Translations under genes and position numbers: made by a program
DNA from: Geosiphon pyriformis uo1
Lineage: Eukaryota > Fungi > Glomeromycota
DNA length: 64,000 nucleotides
Direction: 5' to 3'
NCBI GenBank assembly: GCA_016748015.1
Contig: JAAOMT010000480.1
Location: forward strand, 930,001-994,000
Shown here: piece by piece, positions 12,250 to 24,606 of the stretch
Layout of the letters: every line of letters begins with the position of its first letter
Numbering within the stretch: position 1 is the stretch's first letter
Notes under the pieces: model-generated
Database searches by the model: none
The model's input: the letters and a program-made list of their open reading frames with translations, nothing else
Told to the model about the DNA's origin: nothing

Positions 12250-15169
12250 ACCTTTCCTATGATTAATATTTTTCAATTAATTAAATATTTGATTCTTATT
12301 TAAAATCTTTTGGTAATATCATTTATTTTTAAATAATTTTGTTATATTTTAAATTGGAAACTATATTTACCTCATTTTTATAAACTATTTGAAAACTACT
12401 GTTTTGTTTTCGTATAACTGCAAATTAAATAAAAAAATAAAGGAATAATTAAAATGAATTTACTTTATATTGTCTGATAATAATTGAGTTTAATTGTTAT
12501 AAGTAAAAAATTATTTTAAAGACCTTAAAAGTTTATGCAATAAAATTATGACAGTATTAATTTTTAAAAGTGCCTATTAGACTGGTTTTACTTAGTTTAA
12601 AAGTAGCTTTACTGTTAATGTAATCAAATGTAAAATCATTTCTATCCTTCTGATATTTATCATTTGGTGATGAGAAGGAGGAGGAATAAGTTAAGTCAGA
12701 AAAAAACTAATTTTTTATAAATAAGTTAAAGTTTTTTTTTCATTAGTTAATAGACTATTTTTTGGGAAAGGTTGTATTTTATAGCATTTGGTTGTGATTA
12801 AACATTAGAAAAAGGTTTCAATCCGATTATTTACCATTATTAGATGAAACAAATAATCCTTAGAATCATGCACGTTTTCAACGATCACATGATACTCAGA
12901 CGATCACTTCATTTTTGCATTGCTACCAATCATAGCTTTGGAATGAAGCCTTTTTATTTCATTAGATTTTAAAAATTATTTTACATTTTATTCAATAAGT
13001 ATTATAATACACTTGATTTTATTTTTGTAAATAGATTTTTTGATAGTAGTTTTGCTGAATACTACCTATTCATAATCTGTTCATCATTCATAATAAAATT
13101 TATACCATTTGAAATATCAAAATTGTTTTAACAATATTTTATGATTTAATTTTTGTGATAAGATGAATTCTTGATTCTATTGTCAAGTTTTTTAATGGTA
13201 AATTTTATTATGACTTAATAAATAATATATATTTTCTCTTTTTTTTATAAATATTTTGTTAAAATGTACAAAAAAAATCTTGCTATTATGAAAGATAACG
13301 TCAGTTAATGTCCGTTAAAAACTATTAAAGTCTTTTTTTGTTTCTGAATAAACAAATCAAATTTCACTTAATATGCTGTCATTTTGAAATTTTTTTCAAC
13401 TTATTTCTCAATAAAAAAAAACTTTGTCTAATCAATCGAAAAATAGAGAGATAGCATCAGAGAAAATTTTATGAATACAAGTTTAAATGTCGCAATTTTC
13501 AATTTATTTATTATAAATTTGTATACTATTTTAAATTATAAAGGTTTTCATCCTTCATCCTTCATCCTTCATTGTACATTGTGAATCAGCATTATCATTT
13601 TATTCTGCTTTTTCATTGAATTTTTTTTGATAACTCTACCATTTAAAATCTGAGTGCCAAAGTTTCAAAGTTAATTTAGCTGTCTTTATTCAATGGTCTT
13701 TCGTTTTCCATTAAAGTTTTAATTCTCAATCAGTAACCCAATAACGATCTTATTGAGATGCCTTTTTTATAATCAGAATGACAATACCTATAAGATAATG
13801 GCTTCTTTCAATTTTAATCCTTAATTTCAATAGAATTAAACATAAATATTTTTTTCTGGAACTTAAAAAAGTAAAAGCACTTTTTCGTTGACCAATTTTG
13901 TACAATATTTCAAATGTGTTCTTTTTATTAATTTATCGATGAATTCAATTTTTGATTTTATTAATGTTGTTAATTCTTTTTTTATTCTAAACATATCAGT
14001 AAAGCTAATATATAAAAATCGGAATGAAAGTTTTAAAATAAAAAAGAATTTTTAAAAATTTAAATTATTAAATCAATTTTATAAATAATAAATATAATCA
14101 GATATATGTTTTTAATAATTATTTGTAAAAAAATAAAATATGGTTTTTTCAACAACTTTGTTAAAGTGAATATTTTGCCAAGCATTATAATATTTTTATT
14201 TTTTTTATTTTATTTCAAGAAATGCTTATTAAATTAATTTTAATAGCTGTTTTTTATTTTACAAATTTTTTATTGACCGATATGCACCTTTTTTTTAAAG
14301 TTCATTTAATATTTTTTATAATGATAACTTATTCACAACAAAAACTTATTTAAATTTTAAAAGGGACAAAAATAATTGAATTTTTTTTTCAGCATTAGTA
14401 AATTTAATTATTTCTTTTTTAGAACAAAATATAAAACCTTTTAGTCATAATTATTGTTAAATTAATAATAAACTTTAGAATTAAATATATTTTTTATAAA
14501 AAAGACTTAATTGATTTTCAATTGGTACCATATTATCAACTATTCTTATTTAATATAATAAGAAAAATGTATTTATAAGCAGTAATTCGGATTATTCATT
14601 TGTTTACCTTATTTTTAGCCTATATGAGAAAGAGTAGATTCAGTGACTAAATTATATCCTTTTTAAAATCAATTAGAAGCGAAATAGTACTTTTTTCTTT
14701 TGAATATGGGCAAAGTTTTAAATATCCGAACTGATATTTTATTGTTTATGGTAAGTTGAACTCAATCTTGAGATCTGCATTTAATATCTAAGAGCTCGAT
14801 TGCTCTTTGAAAAAACTTTTTTAGATTACTATTTAAGTAAATCATGCTGTTCTACAATAATTTCCTCATGGGAAGCTTTTTTTTTAAATACTTTTTCGGT
14901 TCAGGGTTGTTTCGGAATAAATATGTTTGATTTTATGGCTAGGTTGAGTAAAAAGTTTTTCCGTTTGAAGAAACAAAAATGATTTGTAAATTGGGTAAAA
15001 CATATTTGAAAAAAAAATTAATGCAAAATAATTCGAACCAGAAGAACTTTATAGATGTGCTAAATTTTTTTAGATTTTTCAATGCGTTATGATATTTTTC
15101 GGTTTCTATTTTCTTTAAAATGAAATCAAACAAAAAAAACATGGTGCCACAAAATCATATATGCCGCAA

Positions 15170-15545
15170 AGTCTCACCGTGGTCTTGACCACTAAAATTG
15201 AACATCAACGCATTAAAAAAATATGCTTTTTTCGGATGAATGCGTTATTACGTAATTCCATTGCGTGAAGGAGGTGAAGAGTTTAATGAAAATCGTGTCA
15301 AGGTCATTTTAATGTACAGTACAATTTTCTAGAGATATCTTTTTTGCAGGTTAGTTGCATGCATTCTACTAAAAATAAAAACTGTTTTCAAGCCAACTTT
15401 ACATAACATAGCATTTTCTCGTGTGAATGGCGTCTTTCAAAAAGACAAAACTGTCTCGCTTTTCTTCTCTCAAAGTTCGCCAAAGCTGCTTGAAAAATTG
15501 GTTCCCATCGAAAATTTCTGGACTGAAATGAAGACCTTGGACTCC
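15170..15545 (+). mobile_element. Highly degenerate Tc1/mariner transposase relic
   Basis: Remnant motifs in order: FSDEC (first D), FQKDK (cf. FQQDN) and PIENFWTEMK (cf. NPIENLW), with deletions between them. Confidence 0.5.
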
Positions 15546-17063
15546 ATCATCATGTTATTCTTACCATTAATAGATAGAAAATAAAAATAAACTTTTAATT
15601 CCCGAAATGAAAGATTTTCGTTCAAGATTTTTGTTATTCTATTCCATGAATTGGCTGATGATAAAGAATGAAATTGTGATACTTGAATAAATGTTTTTTT
15701 CCAAGGATAAAAAAATTGATTATGTAGTTTTTATTAATCAGTAGATAAAATTAAACTGCGTCATAGATTTCTCTGAAATACCGTTATTTATTAAATAGCT
15801 TATGAAAGCTTCTGTAAATTTCGCTTTGTGCATTTTCATAGGAATCAGTACAATTTTAAATAATTTTACTATAAATTATTTATATGTATGATTTTATTGA
15901 AATATTATTATAAAAGTACATGTAGTAGTTTTTAATTAAAATACTTGATTTTATTTCTGAAACACGGTAGAAGAGGCTCCTATTATAGAGTCGAGATTTA
16001 TATAGTACTTTGATTATTGAGATAGCCTCAACCTCAGAAATAATATTCTCAAACTATATTTTTGAATGAGAGATTATTATTTGACCTAATTTAAATTAAT
16101 AATAAGCATTTGGTGTTATTGCTAAAAATATATGATAAAAGCAATTAATAAAATGAATCGAATCAAATTGAATTGAATTAAATCAAATTATTAAGAAGAT
16201 TTTACCCATATATTGCATGTATTATGTAAAGACATATAATGTTTTAGATAGCGTGCTTATGCGAAGAAAAAAAATGGTATTAACTTAAAATGATTCTGAA
16301 ACAAAAGGCATTCAATTTTTTTGGACGGACACACACGAAAATCATATTTAAGAAATTTCATTTTTGATCACTCCTCATTTAAACAAATATGGAGTTCAAG
16401 GGTGTTCTCAAAGTAAATATGGATATTTCGCTTATCAAAAAGGAGAAAATATCTTGTAAATCTTTTCCCTTTTTGGCTTTCAAGAATTTGATAGAATAGC
16501 GAAAAAGAATGAATCTTAAATCTTTATATAAATGGCCTTTAAAAATTCATCGTAATGATTTATTTAATATTTTCCTATATATTTTAACGCACTTTCCATT
16601 CTGTTCTGTTCAGCTCAGAGTCAATTTCATGTTCGCTTAATTTAATCTATATTTTAATTGTAAAATTTCTTGAACAAGTTTCCTAAAACAAAAGAAATTA
16701 ATAAGCGCATTCTAATCTTTAAAAAACAAAATCTGTAGCGAAATAGATATTAAATTTTTTAATAGAAAAACCATCCCCTTTCTTTTTATGAAAATGTTCA
16801 ATTCTTATTTTTTTAGTTTTTCCCTAAGTGTTATTTTATTCTTATTTTCCATGAAGAGTGCAAAGGTTTTTGGATTGGCACAAAATGAAAGGTTTGTTGT
16901 TAATTTTTATAAAATAGAAAATATTATGGGTTTAATTAAATTAAATATTTACAATTATTTTTGATTTTTGAAATTTTAGATTTAAAGACCCTTATTCCAG
17001 TCTCTCATCCCAAATATTTCCAGTTTCTGCTTGTTCCACTAATATCACCATTAGCAGTGCCAT

Positions 17064-17094
17064 TACTACAACTACTACTAATACTAATACTACA

Positions 17095-17127
<33 letters not shown>

Positions 17128-17146
17128 CACTACTACTACTACTACC
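17064..17146. repeat. (ACT)n trinucleotide microsatellite encoding poly-Thr
   Basis: Long imperfect ACT run. Confidence 0.9.
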
Positions 17147-17562
17147 AATTTAGCCCCAACCCTAACTCCAGCTCGAATTCCAACCCCTATCCCCATCCCT
17201 AAATTAGGTTCAAATGGAAATGGAAATGGTTGGGAATATAATGACCCCTGGACTTCTACTCGAGGTCACATTAGCTGGTGAATATTCTTTAGCATATAAA
17301 AGAGCTAAAAATTTAAAAGATTTAATTAAAAACTAATTTCTAATTATTTCCATATCTAATAAAGGGGCAGGCGAGTAAGGCGAAACTGGAATATTATGTA
17401 AGCATGGGCCATTTTTAATTTTGTTCATTTAATCAAATCATAAATTAGATCAAAATTTATTTATGTCACCTTTAAACAGTCGAACAATACCAACTTCTGA
17501 TTCCATATATTTATGTATCTTGTAACAGTCAAGCAACACCAACTTCTGATCCGAATCCGCAG

Positions 17563-17627
17563 CAACAATAACAACAACAACCAACCAACCAACCAACCAT
17601 CCATCCATCCATCCATCCATCCATCCA
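17563..17627. repeat. Compound (CAA)n-(CCAA)n-(CCAT)n microsatellite
   Basis: Directly visible. Confidence 0.9.
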
Positions 17628-18798
17628 AACGTCAATAACGAGTACTGCGACCAATGTATCACTTTCATCAACTACGACTGCAATAAATAGCATGGAAATA
17701 TTAACAAGTTCATCCTAATCGAAACTAACGAAATCTGTTTCCCCTGGAACTAGTAACTATCATCTCATCATCAATTCTCAACTATTTTGGAATTAATACC
17801 AATCTTGACATGGATGGCTATTTATCCGCTCGCTTTGATTGATTAAAATATTCAAATATTTGATTCATGATCCTGGCTAGTTGGATTTAAAGTTAAGGGA
17901 ACATTTTCCTATTAACATATAAAAATAGATATACACTACAGAGACAAAACCCCTTGTCTAAAGCGAAGAAAAGCGAAGAAATTGTGTATCGTTTTCAAAG
18001 TTTTTTAGGATATGTTGCTATTTTTTTCTGGAACCAATTAATCATAATGTTATAGGAAAGTAGATATATTTGTAAGTTAAAGATATATTAATGGTTATTA
18101 TATTAAAATAAATGAAATGAAAAACAATGTGTATAAATAAATAAATAAACAAGTTTTTAAAAACCATAATCTATGATCAAAAAAGATTAACTATTTCAAG
18201 TATAAATAGTGTTTTTGTAAACATAATAACATTAAATCAAAAGGTTGAATTGCTGTACGAAACAAACTTTATCATTATAACCAACCTAATTTTTGCTAAA
18301 AACAATCAATATTAGAAGAAAAAATCATTAATTAAAGCAAAAATATATTTGTATAAAGTGATATTGAGGTTTGTGAAACGGATTTCAGAATCTTTTTTAA
18401 TATACATGGTTGTTTTTTTTAGTTATTAAAAAAAAATATGAACTTGCTAAAGGCAAATCAATCGAATCAATAATAAAACACTTTTGATTTTAAGTATTAT
18501 TTTATAAAAAAGTTAATCTTTAAAATATATATTTAAATAAATTATTAATTATGTACAATTTTAATTAGAAATATAATCTGTATTATATTTTAACTTTATA
18601 AATCTTTTTAAAATATTTTTTAAATATATATATATATATTTAATTAGACAAAGTATTGAGTCATCTGTTAGATCTGAAAATTAGAAACTTACTTTTGTTA
18701 AACCAAAATTACTTTATGAAATTACCAGTTTAATTTTTTAATTTTTTATGCTTATTAACTTAAGGCCAGTCTAATTGATATACTTTATTGAGCAAAAT

Positions 18799-19640
18799 TC
18801 ATATGTTCGTAAAATTTTTTTTATTGCAGACATCAATTATTGCCTTCCCCATCTTTTCATTTTTTTCATTTTCTTTATTTTCTATTCTCTTTTTCCGATG
18901 TATCCTGGCATGTGCTAAGGCGACATCATTTGTATGATTGCAAATCTCCTTAAGAGTTAACTATAAAAAAAAACTATTTAATTTAACATATATACATATA
19001 TACAAAATAAATATGCAATAATACCTTTACATCTAGCATAAGTACATAAAAAGCTTCCAAACAAGCAAGGGTTTTAATAGTGTTTGGCAATTTCATTCTC
19101 ACAAGCCTCCCAAATCGACAAAGATTAGTGGCTCCAAATGTATCATGAACCCAACCTTTTAATAAAAGAAGTGAGTTTATTAAAGTACCACATATTCCAT
19201 AATTATAATGGTCCTTCGATGTGCCACCGGAAGACCACCTGATCTTAGGCCTCTAAATTGTCAATGCTATTTTTAAGTGTTCCCCTAAGGTCGCATTTTT
19301 GGCCAATCCTGGCTCGCAACACCACAGACCGCCCATTATTCCGACGAGCCGCTGATCCCCAGCAGGAAATTCCTCCTCTAAAATAAATTAAAGACAATAA
19401 ACAATAGGGACTCATGAAACTTAATAAACAACATGTGTCAATCTTAACTTACACATCCATTTTTAATTCTGTTCTATCAAGAAATCTACTCGTTAGCATG
19501 TTAGGAAAGGAATTATCAAAAGATGACTCTGAAAGCGGCAAGATTTTCGGCGCTGATTCGGTCACACAAGATGAACAAAATGATTGGACGATTAACATAT
19601 CTTTTTTTTTTCTTAATGGAGACGATATAAAATCTCAAAG
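18799..19640 (-). pseudogene. Disrupted gene of a Glomeromycotina multicopy family with a putative PD-(D/E)xK nuclease-like C-terminal domain
   Basis: Spliced remnants: LPLSESSFDNSFPNML..KMDV|GGISCWGSAARRNNGRSVVLRARIGQKCDLRGTLKNSIDNLEA, (frameshift) GLRSGGLPVAHRR, (frameshift) GWVHDTFGATNLCRFGRLVRMKLPNTIKTLACLEAFYVLMLDVK|LTLKEICNHTNDVALAHARIHR..*. Frameshifts and apparent deletions; no 5' end recognised. Fold assignment is inference. Confidence 0.55.
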
Positions 19641-22074
19641 CTGGTATTGCTTATATCAATATGTTCACCACTAACCTTCATACTAAGATCTATGACTTTT
19701 TAGTACTGCTGGTTCTGTTATTTATCAAGCGATAGAAGAGTTGAGCAGTATCGTCAAACGAGCAAGAATATTAGCAAAGAATTTTTATAAAAAAGATTCT
19801 CCTCGATCTATAACAGCTCTTCTAGAGATTTTTCCACCGGTAAGCCAATAACTTTTTAAATGAATAACGTAGTTTTGCTGAAACCATTTTGAGAAAACAA
19901 GCATAACAATTTGACTATATTATGTTACCTAACAATAACACACTACCAATTACTTGAAAAAAAAAATTTTTACGCGTTTTTGACACGTTTTTCACCTTAA
20001 CAATAACACACTGCTGATTACTTAACTTTTTTTTAAGACATTTGAGAGAGAAATATTGCATTCTGAAACAACTTACTCTTTATTATGTCTAAATACTTGA
20101 CTTATTTTGACAAAAACAGACGTATCCAAATGGAATGCACGGCAGTTCGCTGACCTCTTTAATAATCACACAACCGCGCAAAAATAGAAAAATGGCGCAA
20201 AACATCAGCACTCATGTGCTAAACAACCCTAATTACCAATTACCTAGACCACATCTTAAGCAGAATGTTACATGATCCGCATAAACATATAGTTGAGTGG
20301 CCTAATACAGGCCTTGATGAGGGGCATGAGTTGTCTTCGTTTGAGACGCCCATTGTTGAGTTGGTTTAAATCAACTTACGTGTATTGCACTTCTATCGAA
20401 TCACTACGTCGAACTCTGCAGATGTAACCTTTTGGACTGTCTAGATAGACTATCGTCATCATCAGACCTTAAATATTAACATTTAGTATTTTCATTAATA
20501 TTAAGCTCAAATGCATTAATTCCAGAATATATGAAACCTCGTCGTCCAGATAATCATCATCCTGGAAAAGAGAAGACTTGCTTTTTTGTTCTTTGAGACA
20601 TGGTTCAGGTGCATCTTCAATTAAAAATGGATTCGAGTCTTTGAATTTTTTAGAAAGCAAGATGAGGAAATGGCAAGGAAGAACAAAGCAACCAGACTTT
20701 ATTATTTCAGTTATCCATCAGCAAGAACAACTGGTTGCATATTCGTGGCTGAAGTGAGCGCACCTTCAGAAAAATAGAATGTAATGACTTGATTCGGATT
20801 GGTATCTTCATGAAAGATACTTTAGATTCGGCCATAGACAAAGGCGCCGATTTAAAAATTCTAGGATTTCAATGTGTTGGTAAGGGCATATTATAATGGC
20901 TGTTTTTTCCACTTAAACAAATCTTATGGCTAATTTTTTTGTAGATCATACCGTTGACTTCTATATGATCACACGTTCGGGTCTGAGTTTGTCGACTCAT
21001 TGAATGAGGACACTTACGTTTCCAATGTGATTCTACCTGCCACCCGAGCAATATTGCAAGATCTCCCCTTAATAAATCTACATTTATCAGCAGTTTCGAA
21101 AAACAAAGTCACGCTAATGCTGATTGAAAAGGGAATGGACGAATTAGCCGAATACCAGATGTTATGTTTGTAGTGAAACACAGAGAAATCATGAGCTTTT
21201 ATATGTGGAATTTTCACGTCTAATTTGCACCAAAAAAAAGAGTAAGATGATGAAATAAAGCTTTGGCTAGAGTTTAAAGATGGGATGTAAGAAATGTAAA
21301 CCTGAAAAAAACGAATTTTCTACGGAACATTTTTACCTAGATAAGAATTCCACAGTTACACTCCACGTGATCAATAAATTAATTACACGTCTTAATATTT
21401 GTGATATGTTTGAGCACAAAGTGATTATATCAGAATTCCTAAAATAGGTTTTTGAACGACTCCTTAAATCAATTGGTTTCTTGAAATGATTCACGCAATT
21501 TTCTGCACTCAACTTATTTTAAAGAAATAAAGAGAGTAAATACGGTGTCTTCTAAAAAAGTATCAAATCGTGACACGATTGCAACCGGAACAAATACAAC
21601 TTTCCGTAGGCCCAAATTTTTATAATATAATCAATAAAAAAATTCTCAAATTAAAAAAAAACCCTTTTTGAAAATCAACCGGTTGAATAACCTGCTTTTG
21701 ATGAATCAAGTCATTTCTCATTACATTAAACTTGAAGGTTGTTAAATTGCTATAATATCTCTATTGATATTACAATAATATTTGTATTGCAATTTAACTT
21801 TAATTAACATAACACGAAATGAAGTATAACGTCTATTTTTTCAAACAAGTAAAAATAAAAAGAAAAAATTTTGAATTGCTTAAAAAATCTAAATATTTTC
21901 CTTTTATTAGTAAAAAGACAGTTGCCAGCAAAAAACTTTAATTCAAAGACTTAAAAGTGGATCATTTGATTTATTATAATTTGACAGTGCGATTCCCCTA
22001 CACTCAGGTGTTGCTTTGTAATTAAAGATTCAAATAATCTCGAGCGAAGTTAAATCACCCATTACTTTTTGCTT

Positions 22075-22627
22075 TTATTCTTCTTCCTCGACTTCCTCTT
22101 GATCACCCTCGTCTTTACCTTCCTCCTCCTCTTCACCATCGTCGAGAATCCTTTCAATATTCTCAAGCTTGTAGGCTATAATCGAAATTATGTTAATTCA
22201 ATAAAATCAAAAGATCAAAATTGCGTACTTCGTGATCCATATATATTACCTGTTTCCTGTTTCAAAAATTAATGTTAAAAGCCGAAAAAAGTAGTAATTA
22301 AGCATTTAGAAAAAATTTTCAATGTTCAAAAAATTTTACCTTCTTTGTGTTCAAGTTTTCGATCAAAATCCTAGGTTGATCTTCGGAGGCTTGGACTTTC
22401 TTTTGAGTGTTGCCGACGATCTATAAAAAAAAAGGAATTTAATCAAGGAGTCCATCTTAAATGATTGTGTAGAACATTATACTTGCCTCAGGTTCAACAA
22501 TAATTTCCTTTATAACACCTTTTGTGGTTTGCATAGCCAAGCCGACCGGATGGTAAATAACCTGTTGGCCAACCTTGAGGTCTTCCTTTCTAACCTTGCA
22601 CTCACCCTTGTTTTCGAGTCTAGACAT
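22075..22627 (-). CDS. Small Hva1/DUF2945 Tudor-like domain protein with acidic tail
   Basis: Exons 22627-22487, 22420-22340, 22256-22250, 22175-22075: MSRLENK..LKVGQQVIYHPVG..TTKGVIKEIIVEPE|IVGNTQKKVQASEDQPRILIENLNTKK|ET(A)|YKLENIERILDDGEEEE..*. Matches the VKAS-xx-xPR-x-IEN..K.TAYK pattern of this family. Not in the ORF track. Confidence 0.85.
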
Positions 22628-22784
22628 CTTGTTATATGTGAATTTTTTAAGAAAAGAAGGTTTATTCTCTCGAGGGAAAATTAGACGGAAATTAGATCTT
22701 CAAAGGTAGAATTCGCGCCCTATATATTTGAAAAATTTTAGATTTGATCATCTCAGAAAAAAGTTTTCTTTGATGAGCCAACAA

Positions 22785-22875
22785 TTGCGTCATCAAGACC
22801 TTACTTTTTTTTTCCTTTAGATCAAAGATTTATGATAAGGTATCATGACGCAACCTCAAAGGCTCTTGATGTCAT
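22785..22875. promoter_or_regulatory. Cluster of bZIP/CRE-like elements upstream of the Tudor-like gene
   Basis: TTGCGTCAT (22785) and its exact reverse complement ATGACGCAA (22845), plus TTGATGTCAT (22866); TATA-like TATATA at about 22721. Confidence 0.35.
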
Positions 22876-23484
22876 ATCAGAAGTATCAATTCAAAGCCAA
22901 ATTCGATTGAAACCCGTGAAAGGAGTAAATCAAATCAATCCTGAGCAGCGTGTAGTAGTTTCAGCGGGTTAACCGCGAGTATGACTTGCTGTATGGCTGT
23001 TTTGACGTGACGAACCCAAACAAAGGAATGAAAAAAATGTATCAGACTTTTTCATCAAGCCGTCGTCCCATCTAACAGGAGACCATGAAGTCGAAAGCCA
23101 GTCTTTTTTGGAAACGCAAACTTAAAAGCCTAACAGAAATTTATAGTAATCTCTTTACTTGCTAAGTTTTATAAGTTGAATATGTACGTGTCTTATGTGA
23201 ATCTCAGATTTATGAGAAAGATTAGTCAGGATTTAAATTGATAACTAACTAAATTTCTCAAAGAATAAATTGGCACTTCAACTCAAACAGGCTGGCAAGT
23301 ATGTAAAGTTGGTTTAAGAAACACGAATATAAGATTCTTCATGCTATTTTTTAATCGAAAGTTCTCTTAAAAATTTGTCCTTTAACCCATTCGGGGTATG
23401 ATTATTCTCTTGAACGGGAAACTATTTTCCGATATAAAGCATTCATTTTTCGTGAGAGTTCCCAGGCTACATCGAAAGCCCAAA

Positions 23485-24169
23485 TCACTTCTCGGAAGAC
23501 TTCAATTTCAGAATGATATCATCCACATTTTGAAAAATAAATCTTCTCAATATCATTGAACATGGCCAATACTTGGTAATCGGGAGAGAGATTACGTGCA
23601 TGTGAATATGATCAACTGTGTTAAAAGGTGGTTTGACGAAGCCCATACTGTGCGATGAGGTAAAAGGTATTTAATTAAAAAAAGGTATGAATCACAAAAA
23701 TATATGCTAAAATTGTAATTTATACATGAATTCCTGGATATTTTCCTCCTCTTGCCTCTTCAAGCTCACTATGTAGTTTCCTATTTGTTTCATCTTCTCT
23801 ACTGATAAAATTAGTACAAAAAGTGAATGATGAATTTCCCAAATATCCTACCAATTCAAAAAAGTTCAAAAGTTTCTGATTCAATGTACTGCAGAGAAAT
23901 ACCTAAAGAGACATCATCTTTCTTCAAAGCATTTATATTCTTTATATGTCGTTTGGTAATAACGAGAACATGATGCTTCGCAACTGGTTTTATGTCATTA
24001 AATGCTACGAGGTGGTAGTCCTTTGTGAAAGAATGACAGTTGAGCAATTCGATTGTTAGAACTCAAAAGTACCACAATTAAAAGCGAGGAACATAATGTT
24101 AAAAGGCACCTCATAAAGCAAATCTGCATTTTTTGAAGAGATGTTACAAAAAATACAATTTGGTTGCAT
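23485..24169 (-). CDS. HIT-family (HINT3-like) nucleotide hydrolase
   Basis: Four exons: MQPNCIFCNI..LLYE|DYHLVAFNDIKPVAKHHVLVITKRHI..|..|MGFVKPPFNTVDHIHMHVISLP..*. CxxC and HxHxH triad present. Confidence 0.9.
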
Positions 24170-24606
24170 AGTAATATAAGGTAAATTTTCAAGTGCCACA
24201 ATATAGCCACTCGGTACTTATTTAACTTAATGTTGATCTCTGACATAGTAATTATGGTAACGATCCCAATGACGTATTGGTATAGTCGCGTTCTAATGCA
24301 CGGAGCAAGTCAAGCTGCAGGCTAAGTTTCTCTTTTTGTTGCACCATAATAACTTGCTGCATTCTGCATAGAACAACCACTGGAACAACTTGATGAAAAC
24401 TGGCTTTGTTTTCCTAAGAAAGCTTCAGTTTACTTGGCGACTTTTCGTAGCGCACTAAATTTTATACAATAACGAATTTTTCACCTCTGTCTATACCCTA
24501 GAGTTTTATCATTTGCCTGTATTATATTTCCTCTGATATTCCAACACTCCTTCTAATAAATAGTTAGTTGTATAAAAGTAAAACCGCGGCAAAATTTCCG
24601 CAAAGA

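Larger units (their letters stand above)
16788..17845 (+). pseudogene. Decayed secreted Ser/Thr-rich (mucin-like, possibly GPI-anchored) cell-surface protein gene
   Basis: Signal-peptide exon MKMFNSYFFSFSLSVILFLFSMKSAKVFG and GT-AG intron 16892-16979. Thr-rich exon has a frameshift inside the (ACT)n tract. Later S/T-rich frames contain stops; hydrophobic C-terminal remnant LIPILTWMAIYPLALID. Confidence 0.55.

Noticed and set aside
17005-17196. Poly-Val ORF on the minus strand
   Set aside because: Antisense reading of the (ACT)n tract
23998-24246. 82-aa ORF MSEINIK.. as the HIT N-terminus
   Set aside because: The CIFC motif lies in another frame starting at ATG 24169; the upstream ATG may be a uORF or lie outside the transcript
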